Source: Thermoanaerobaculia bacterium | GTDB lineage: Bacteria > Acidobacteriota > Thermoanaerobaculia > Thermoanaerobaculales > Sulfomarinibacteraceae | Length of the DNA stretch: 63,990 nucleotides | Direction: 5' to 3' | NCBI GenBank assembly: GCA_027067575.1 | Contig: JAMOVQ010000012.1 | Coordinates: 1 to 63,990 of the forward strand | In this document: positions 57,294 to 63,990 of the stretch, piece after piece | Numbering within the stretch: position 1 is the first letter of the stretch | Layout of the letters: every line of letters starts with the position of its first letter | Translations under genes and position numbers: made by a program | The notes under the pieces: generated by a model | The model's database searches: none | What the model was told of the DNA's origin: nothing | The model's input: only the letters and a program-made list of their open reading frames with translations

Positions 57294-58424
57294 TCAGGGC
57301 TCCGGTGAGTTTCGCTTGAGTCGCAACAAGCCACGGTCCAGAAGTCCCTTCATGCGAAGCCGGTTCTCCATGGCATCGCCCGGGATCAGCTTGAGGACCT
57401 CGTCCACCGTGTAGATACCGTTGATCCGGGAGAGGAGAAACCCCTCCTCGGGACCGCACTCGACGTTGGGCAGGTCGGCCATGGAGATGGCGAGCTCGGG
57501 AACCGCCCTGTCGTCGAGCCCCGAACGGTCCAGGGCCTCCTGGATCCGAGACCGGAACGTCCCCAGGAGCTCTGCAACCTTTCGCTGGCTTCCGTACTTT
57601 TCTTCCAGGCCGGTGAGGCCTGCGAGGGCATCCAGCAGACGGCCCTCCGCCAGCGCCCGCTCCACGTCCTTGACGAGAAACCTCCAGGCGCCTCCGCCCA
57701 GGCCGGGGATCGGCTCCGGCTCACCCGAGGGAGGCAACAGCTCGAAGACACCCTGCTGGATCCCCTGGAAGACGAAGTGAGCAACATGGAACGTGGCGAT
57801 CCGGCAGTTGAGTGCGATCCGCTCCACGCTGTTCGCCCCGTCGATCTCCCTGAGAATCGCGATCTCCACCGGTCCCATCTTTCGCACATCGAGCGCCCGG
57901 ACGATCCTTGGCACGTGAGCCGCGTCTGGGACCACATCCCGGATCCTCTGCCACTCGTCCTTGCGGCGGACCCCCTCGAGAATCAACAGGTCTACCGGAA
58001 TCGCCTGAGCCTGGAACTTTCGGGCTGGCAAGATGTTGTCCAGGAACCGGAACTCCCCCTCATCCCAGAGGAACAGGTCGTAGATCAGCTCCTCGGTCTT
58101 GACCCGGAGGATCCGATCGAGCTCCTCCCGGTTGAGCCGGCCGATCATCACGAGCAGCTCTCCGAGCATGGTGCCGTGCCGTTCCTGGAGCTGGAGCATG
58201 TGCTCGAGCTCCTCCTCGCCCAGGATTCCCCAGCCCACGAGGTAGTAGCTGAGAAACTCCTTCGGGTTGTCCGAGGCCGACGCCGTGATGGAGCCATCCT
58301 GGAAGTAGATCTTCTTCTGGAAGGCGTCCCCGCTCACCACGAGCGTACCGGTCTTCGCACTCTGCGCCACCCACTGGAGCAGGTCGGCGAAGGGCATTGT
58401 TCGAAGGTTTCCGCTGATCGACAC
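57294..58424 (-). CDS. DUF4388 (PATAN-like) domain protein
   Basis: ISGNLRTMPFADLLQW..KTGTL..KKIYFQDG, LFLWDEGEFRF, LILEGVRRKDEW. Confidence 0.85.
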   Translation of the reverse strand: MSISGNLRTMPFADLLQWVAQSAKTGTLVVSGDAFQKKIYFQDGSITASASDNPKEFLSYYLVGWGILGEEELEHMLQLQERHGTMLGELLVMIGRLNREELDRILRVKTEELIYDLFLWDEGEFRFLDNILPARKFQAQAIPVDLLILEGVRRKDEWQRIRDVVPDAAHVPRIVRALDVRKMGPVEIAILREIDGANSVERIALNCRIATFHVAHFVFQGIQQGVFELLPPSGEPEPIPGLGGGAWRFLVKDVERALAEGRLLDALAGLTGLEEKYGSQRKVAELLGTFRSRIQEALDRSGLDDRAVPELAISMADLPNVECGPEEGFLLSRINGIYTVDEVLKLIPGDAMENRLRMKGLLDRGLLRLKRNSPEP

Positions 58425-58643
58425 TCGGGTGACACCCCCGGGAGGTCAGTCCATCAGCCACCACCCGGCGGAAGCCCCGCCAACTGCGGCGCCCCCCGGC
58501 GTGGTCGCTTCAGAGGCATTGTACTTGAACCGGTGTCCCGAAACGGACACGGCACGTGCCATCCTGGGACGCCGGTACTCAGGCAGCGCGGGAGCACGTA
58601 CAATGGGCAGGGAGAACAACTCGCGAGTGAATCGGAGGGAACG

Positions 58644-60140
58644 ATGGCTGATCTCATGACTCGTCTTTCGGAAATGGTGATGAACAACCTCGGGCCGGTA
58701 CTCATGGCGCTGGGCGTCCTTGTGGGCGGCTGGCTCATCGCGCTCATTGTTGCAGCGCTGGTCCGGCGAACGCTCAAACGCACCGACATCGACAACAGGC
58801 TTGCAGCATGGCTCCTGGGTCCCGATCGGGCCGAGCGCCTCCCGGTCGAACGATGGATCGGGCGGATCGTCTTCTGGATCCTGATGCTGTTCGTCCTCGT
58901 CGGCTTCTTCCAGGTTCTCGGCCTGGCAGCGATCACCGAACCGCTGAACCGGTTCCTGACGAGGATCTTCGACTACCTGCCGCGGCTCCTGGGACCGGTC
59001 ATTCTCGGTTTCGTCGCATGGATCGTCGCGACCGCCCTACGGTTCGTCGTCCGCCGGGCCCTCCAGAGTCTCGAGCTCGACGAGAAGCTCAGCGACAAGG
59101 CCGGCCTGGAGGACGAGAAGGCCATTCCGCTGGCAAAATCGGTCAGCGACACGGTCTACTGGCTCGTCTTCCTGCTGTTCCTCCCCGCGATCCTCGGAGC
59201 CCTCGACCTGGACGGTCTGCTCGCACCGGTCCAGGGAATGATGGATCGTGTCTTAGGGTTCCTGCCCCAGCTCTTCGCCGCCGGCCTGATCCTCTTCTTC
59301 GGGTGGCTCCTGGCGCGGGTCCTCCAACGGATCGTCACCAACCTGCTGGCAGCGGCCGGCGTGGACCGCATCGGAGAGCAGGCGGGACTCCAGACGGCGC
59401 TGGGCGAACAGCGGCTCTCCGGGCTCGTGGGGCTGATCGTCTACGTCCTCGTCCTGATCCCGGTTCTCATCGCCTCTCTCAACACGCTCAAACTCGATGC
59501 AGTCACGCGGCCCGCCTCCGAGATGCTCAACACGATCCTGACCGCCCTGCCGCTGGTCTTCGGCGCCTCACTGATCCTGGTCATCGCCTACTTCGTCGGC
59601 CGGGCCGTCTCGGGGCTCCTGAGCAACCTCCTGGCCGGCGTCGGGTTCGATTCGATCCTCGTCAAGCTCGGAATCGGCAAGGAACCTTCGGGCGGCGCGG
59701 CGACCCCCTCGGCGATCGTCGGGCATCTCGTGCTCGTCGCGATCATGCTGTTCGCCTCGATCGAGGCCGTCGATATGCTGGGGTTCGATGTTCTCGGCGC
59801 CCTGCTAGCCGAGTTCCTGGTGTTCGCCGGCCAAATCCTGCTGGGGCTCGTCATCTTCGGGGTCGGGCTCTACCTGGCCGACCTGGCCGCGAAGACCGTC
59901 CAGGCCTCCGCGTCCGCCCAGGCCCGTCTCCTGAGTCTGGCGACCCGGATCTCCATCGTCGTCCTCGCTGGAGCCATGGCTCTCCGGCAGATGGGCCTCG
60001 CCAATGAGATCATCACACTGGCGTTCGGCCTCCTGCTCGGGGCGATCGCCGTCGCCTTCGCCCTGGCGTTCGGACTGGGATGCCGGGAGATCGCCGCCGA
60101 GGCCACACGGAGCTGGCTCGAGAAACTGAACCGCCAGTAG
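58644..60140 (+). CDS. Multi-TM protein with repeated 'TM helix' units (CmpX / MscS N-terminal-like)
   Basis: GGAGG SD; repeated FxYLPRLLG / FLPQLFAA / ALPLVFGA units; C-terminal ALAFGLG. Confidence 0.85.
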   Translation: MADLMTRLSEMVMNNLGPVLMALGVLVGGWLIALIVAALVRRTLKRTDIDNRLAAWLLGPDRAERLPVERWIGRIVFWILMLFVLVGFFQVLGLAAITEPLNRFLTRIFDYLPRLLGPVILGFVAWIVATALRFVVRRALQSLELDEKLSDKAGLEDEKAIPLAKSVSDTVYWLVFLLFLPAILGALDLDGLLAPVQGMMDRVLGFLPQLFAAGLILFFGWLLARVLQRIVTNLLAAAGVDRIGEQAGLQTALGEQRLSGLVGLIVYVLVLIPVLIASLNTLKLDAVTRPASEMLNTILTALPLVFGASLILVIAYFVGRAVSGLLSNLLAGVGFDSILVKLGIGKEPSGGAATPSAIVGHLVLVAIMLFASIEAVDMLGFDVLGALLAEFLVFAGQILLGLVIFGVGLYLADLAAKTVQASASAQARLLSLATRISIVVLAGAMALRQMGLANEIITLAFGLLLGAIAVAFALAFGLGCREIAAEATRSWLEKLNRQ

Positions 60141-60372
60141 GACCATCTTTCCGGCACGACGCCTCCACGCCGCGACTCGTCGTCGGAGGCCCGCCGGCCC
60201 GGTCTGAACGTGGCTCACCCTCCCCCGCCCCCGTGGGGCGAGAGGGGGGTGAGCCACACTCCTTTCATGAGCAGACCGGCGAGCCAGGACCTCCCGGCGA
60301 TCCCGCCGCTCCCGACCCGGAGACTCGGAGACGCGAGACACACCCCGTCCTGGAAGCGGGTAGAATGGAAGG

Positions 60373-61407
60373 GTGAGGATGGCGGTGATTTCCGGGGTGA
60401 CGGGCCAGGACGGGTCGTACCTGGCAGAGCTGTTGCTGCAGAAGGGGTACGCTGTCCACGGGCTCGTCCGGCGGGCCTCGACGCTCAACCGCCAGCGGAT
60501 CGATCACCTGCGGAACGATCCCTCGACACGCGGCCGGTTCCACCTTCACTACGCGGATCTCGGTGACACGGAGTCGCTCATCGCCGTGCTGACGGCAGTG
60601 CAGCCTGACGAGGTTTACAACCTCGCGGCCCAGTCGCACGTCGGAATCTCGTTCCGGATGCCGACGTACACCGGAGAGGTCACTGGCCTCGGCACGGTCC
60701 GGCTCCTGGAGGCCGTGCGGACCCTCTGTCCCGGGGCACGGTTCTACCAAGCCTCCACCTCCGAGCTGTTCGGCAAGGCCAAGGAGATCCCCCAGAACGA
60801 GCGCACTCCGTTCCACCCGCGGTCGCCCTACGCCGTCGCCAAGCTCTACTCGTACTGGGCGACGGTCAACTACCGTGAGGCGTACGGAATGTTTGCGGTC
60901 AACGGCATCCTGTTCAACCACGAGTCGCCCCGGCGTGGTGAGAACTTCGTCACGCGAAAGGTCACCCGGGCCGTGGCCGAGATCGTGGCCGGACGCCGCG
61001 AATCGGTGGCGCTCGGCAACCTGGAGGCACGCCGTGACTGGGGGTACGCCGGAGATTTCGTGGACGCCATGTGGCGGATGCTCCAGCAGGAGGAACCGCG
61101 CGACTACGTTATCGGGACCGGCGAGTCCCACTCGGTCCGGGAGCTCGCGGAGACGGCGTTCGGTGAAGTAGGGATCGAGCTGGAGTGGGAGGGCGAGGGC
61201 GTGGACGAGACCGGCAGGGACGCAAGGACCGGCGAGATCCGTGTCACGGTGGATCCGGCCTACTTCCGTCCGGCCGAGGTGGACTTCCTCCTGGCCGATC
61301 CCTCCGCGGCGCGCCGGGACCTCGGCTGGAGGCCCCGCGTCACGTTCACGGAGCTCATCCGGATGATGGTGCGCGCCGACCTCGAGGTGCTCGGCGTCAC
61401 CGCCTGA
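60373..61407 (+). CDS. gmd: GDP-mannose 4,6-dehydratase
   Basis: [52 protein letters not shown]. Confidence 0.95.
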   Translation: MRMAVISGVTGQDGSYLAELLLQKGYAVHGLVRRASTLNRQRIDHLRNDPSTRGRFHLHYADLGDTESLIAVLTAVQPDEVYNLAAQSHVGISFRMPTYTGEVTGLGTVRLLEAVRTLCPGARFYQASTSELFGKAKEIPQNERTPFHPRSPYAVAKLYSYWATVNYREAYGMFAVNGILFNHESPRRGENFVTRKVTRAVAEIVAGRRESVALGNLEARRDWGYAGDFVDAMWRMLQQEEPRDYVIGTGESHSVRELAETAFGEVGIELEWEGEGVDETGRDARTGEIRVTVDPAYFRPAEVDFLLADPSAARRDLGWRPRVTFTELIRMMVRADLEVLGVTA

Positions 61408-61461
61408 AATCTCCCCTCCGGGGCGCGTAGAATCGGCGCGAGGGAGGCGTCCGGAACGACC

Positions 61462-62271
61462 ATGTACCTCGACTTCTACGGGCTCGGCGAGCCACCGTTC
61501 AATATCACCCCCGATCCGAGGTACCTGTACTTCTCCCACGGCCACCGCGAGGCGTTCGAGCACGTCCTGTTCGGCATCACCCAGCGGAAGGGGTTCATCC
61601 AGCTGACGGGAGAGGTGGGTGCGGGCAAGAGCACGCTGTGCCGGAAGGTCCTCGAGGAGTTGGGCGACGGCTTCCACACCGCCCTGGTCCTCAACCCGGT
61701 CATGACGGGGATCCAGCTGCTTCGGACGATCCTGACAGAGCTCGGAGTGGACGCCCGCGGGAACGACCGGGTCCGCCTCAACGAACGGCTCAACACGTTC
61801 CTCCTCGACCGTCTCAGGGCCGGAGAGGACGTCGTGCTGTTCATCGATGAGGCCCAGGACATGGACGCCGAGCTGCTCGAACAGGTCCGGCTCCTGTCCA
61901 ATCTGGAGACCGACGACCGGAAGCTGCTCCAGATCGTGCTCGTCGGCCAGCCCGAGCTCGTGGAGAAGCTCGGGAGCCGTTCGTTACGCCAACTGGCCCA
62001 GCGGATCACCGTCCGGACTCACCTGGGGCGGCTGAACCGCCGGGAGACCGAGGCGTACATCCGCCACCGGCTCGAGGTCGCCGGATCGACAGGCCGCCCG
62101 GAGTTCACGCCTCGGGCGTTCGGCGCCATCCACCGCTGGTCCCGGGGCATCCCCCGCCTGATCAACGCCGTCTGCGACATGACGCTGCTCGCGGGGTTCG
62201 CCGACGGGGAGGACCGCCTCCGCTGGCGCCACGTCAGGCGGGCCATCCGCGAGCTCGGGGGGCGGCGGTGA
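61462..62271 (+). CDS. ExeA/GspA-type AAA ATPase (ATPase domain only)
   Basis: MYLDFYGL.EPPFNITPDP.YLY, GEVGAGKST, IDEAQ, LQIVLVGQPEL, GIPRLIN. Confidence 0.88.
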   Translation: MYLDFYGLGEPPFNITPDPRYLYFSHGHREAFEHVLFGITQRKGFIQLTGEVGAGKSTLCRKVLEELGDGFHTALVLNPVMTGIQLLRTILTELGVDARGNDRVRLNERLNTFLLDRLRAGEDVVLFIDEAQDMDAELLEQVRLLSNLETDDRKLLQIVLVGQPELVEKLGSRSLRQLAQRITVRTHLGRLNRRETEAYIRHRLEVAGSTGRPEFTPRAFGAIHRWSRGIPRLINAVCDMTLLAGFADGEDRLRWRHVRRAIRELGGRR

Positions 62272-62966
62272 GCCTGATCAACGACGCGCTCCGCCGTGCC
62301 CGCCAGGAGGCCGCCGAACGGGAGGCCCGTGAGAAGGGCCTGCCCCAACCGGTGTTCCCGCCACCGCGCCGTCGTCTTCCATCGCTTCCGCCGGCAGGGG
62401 TCCTGATGGTGGTGGGGCTCGGCGCGCTGCTGATCGGGGTGCTCGTTGCGGTGCTCGCCGTCCGGCCCGGAACCCGGAGCAACGCCCGGGACGCGACGGT
62501 GACCGTGACGCCGTCCTCCTCGCCACGGGACCCGCAAGGCCCCGCTGCACCCACAACCGCCGGACCAGCCCCATCCGCATCACCCCACCACGTGGGGGAC
62601 GAACGCCGGGCCGGCATCGCACCTCCGGCGGCCACACCGCCACCGGACGCATCCGCCGCACCACCACCGGCCCCGCCGGTTACGCCGCGCCCGGCCACCA
62701 CGACCCCGCCGCCCCCCGCTGCCCCGGCGCCGGCCGCGCCACGCTCCACGCCCGCACGACGGGAGTTCCGCGGCGAGGCCACCTTGGGCGGCACGACACT
62801 GCGGCTCGACTACCTGGTCTACCGGCCATCGGATCCGTTTGCGGAGATCAACGGGGTGGAGCTTCACGAGGGCTGGGAGATCGAGGGGTACACAGTGGTC
62901 CGGATCCAGACGGACCGGGTCGTCTTGGAGGGGCCCGAGGGGAAGGTCGTCCTCAGGGCGCGGTAG
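62268..62966 (+). CDS. ExeB/GspB-like membrane-anchored protein
   Basis: MSLINDALRRA start, one TM helix, Pro-rich linker, C-terminal beta domain (AEING...EG..IEGY.V..I); coupled to the ATPase. Confidence 0.75.
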   Translation: MSLINDALRRARQEAAEREAREKGLPQPVFPPPRRRLPSLPPAGVLMVVGLGALLIGVLVAVLAVRPGTRSNARDATVTVTPSSSPRDPQGPAAPTTAGPAPSASPHHVGDERRAGIAPPAATPPPDASAAPPPAPPVTPRPATTTPPPPAAPAPAAPRSTPARREFRGEATLGGTTLRLDYLVYRPSDPFAEINGVELHEGWEIEGYTVVRIQTDRVVLEGPEGKVVLRAR

Positions 62967-63109
62967 AACTGCTCCGGGCCGGAGGAAGGCGGGGAGTGTG
63001 AAGGCGCTCTCAATGAACCGGAAAGGTCCTGAGGACACTCCCCCCGATCCCCGCATCGTATCCGGGAGAGGATGGCCGCAACGAAACCGGTTTGCAACAT
63101 CCTCGTCAT

Positions 63110-63390
63110 ACCGCTGGAACGTCACCCAGCTCGGCGTGCCGACACTGGCCCGGCCCGGCCAGATCGAGGCCAGTGTCGATCCGAGCTTCGAGGGCTATTC
63201 GATCTGCGACACGGGGCAGTTCATGGAGTCCTCCGCCCTGCTGGCCCACGCTTCCACCGTGGACAACCGGACCGGCGGCGCGGTCTTCTCCCTGGCGCAG
63301 ACCTCGTGGGCGGACTACTCCGAGCAGTGTGGCGAGACGCCGGACGACGACTGCGACCCCATGAACAAGGGAATGGTCCCGTTCCGCTGA
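63110..63390 (+). pseudogene. Orphan 3' fragment of a secreted-protein gene
   Basis: About 90 codons with strong GC3 bias and the motif AHASTVDNRTG (cf. AYASRVDQATG at 10.7 kb); no credible start or signal peptide upstream. Confidence 0.5.
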
Positions 63391-63437
63391 GCGTCCCCGT
63401 CTGCACGACCCCTTGGCCGAAACGAGGCGCCCCGCCT

Positions 63438-63966
63438 GGTGCCCCACACACCCACCTCCCCAGGGACGAGCGAAGCGATGTTCCGGCTGGCGCCACAGAG
63501 GACCAAGCCCTTCACGATCGGGACTGTCCCCCCAACGGAGCCCTCCGCCATCCAGCGATCGAGCGCCCCACGAGGAACGGGCCGGCGTGGGGGCGGGGGC
63601 GATCCGGGGACGGAGGGGAGGGCAAGCCCCGGGACGGCCGCCGGGACGCCGAACGCAGGCGGCTTGGCCCGGCGGGGCGGGCGGGTCGGGGGAAGGGTAA
63701 GTCGCTGAACGGTGCAGGGAGACCGGCGAACGGTCGTTGCCGAGGGGGTCGCAGGCCCGTCAGGGCCGGAGAGGGCGGGTGGACGGCTTACGACCGTCCG
63801 GTCTCCCAAACCGTCACCGACGCCGAAGGCGGCGAGTAATACGGCGTATCCGGCGAGCCGTCCCGGGGTGCAGCCCGAGCCGCAGGAGCCGGGGCGCACA
63901 CGCCCCCACGGCCCCGGGGAGCGCAGCGACCCGGGGGAGCCGCGCAAGCGGCGCCCGGCCTGCGAC
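63438..63966. repeat. Composite dispersed repeat, copy 2 (module A 63438-63701, module B 63865-63966)
   Basis: Matches 47561-47956. Confidence 0.85.
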
Positions 63967-63990
63967 CGCCACTCGCCGTGACGAGGAGGG

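Noticed and set aside
55828-57300. Genomic island integrated at tRNA-Leu
   Set aside because: No integrase, no duplicated tRNA 3' end in the window, and no visible composition shift.
56891-57319. 142-aa ORF spanning the small-gene region
   Set aside because: Arg/Ala-rich frame overlapping the FmdB gene; no SD or motifs.
52-63981. Many long antisense or alternate-frame ORFs (e.g. 52-1674, 11967-14267, 12209-14890, 38788-42417, 41862-44363, 52181-54118)
   Set aside because: Shadow ORFs expected at about 70% GC; Arg/Pro/Gly-rich, no motifs, and overlapping well-supported genes.

Overview
High-GC bacterial chromosomal segment (about 70% GC by eye). The gene set and the secreted proteins suggest an Acidobacteriota (Thermoanaerobaculia-like) organism; this is inference. 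Most of the window is housekeeping: trpEGDC, an ion-transporter/hypothetical/SAM-hydrolase operon, metH, the lysS-lolCE-lolD-clpC-bamA-skp-lpxD-fabZ-lpxA envelope operon, trxA, speB, gcvT-H-PA-PB, an M4 metalloprotease, nrdR-hsp20-lon, an HDAC-family deacetylase, an acyl-CoA dehydrogenase, tRNA-Leu(CAA), gmd and exeA/exeB-like genes. The strongest hidden signal is at 56.35-57.25 kb. An ArsR-family repressor with a clear promoter and operator is followed by two tiny zinc-ribbon genes, each containing an in-frame TGA followed by a hairpin with bacterial SECIS geometry (3-nt GGN loop 16 and 22 nt downstream). This points to a candidate two-selenoprotein redox/metal operon; the ORF track cuts both genes at the TGA. 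Next to it is a PDZ-TPR-CHAT (caspase-like) protease convergent with an ECF sigma/ZAS anti-sigma pair. Other observations: a dispersed GGGACACTCCC/GGGACTGTCCC palindrome family, a composite 400-530 bp repeat at 47.5 kb and 63.4 kb, a decapitated gene remnant, uncharacterised secreted proteins (one with duplicated Ca-binding loops), and repeated leaderless-mRNA signatures. No CRISPR array, rRNA, integrase or transposase was seen. Coordinates were counted by hand, and start codons were refined from the ORF track where stated.
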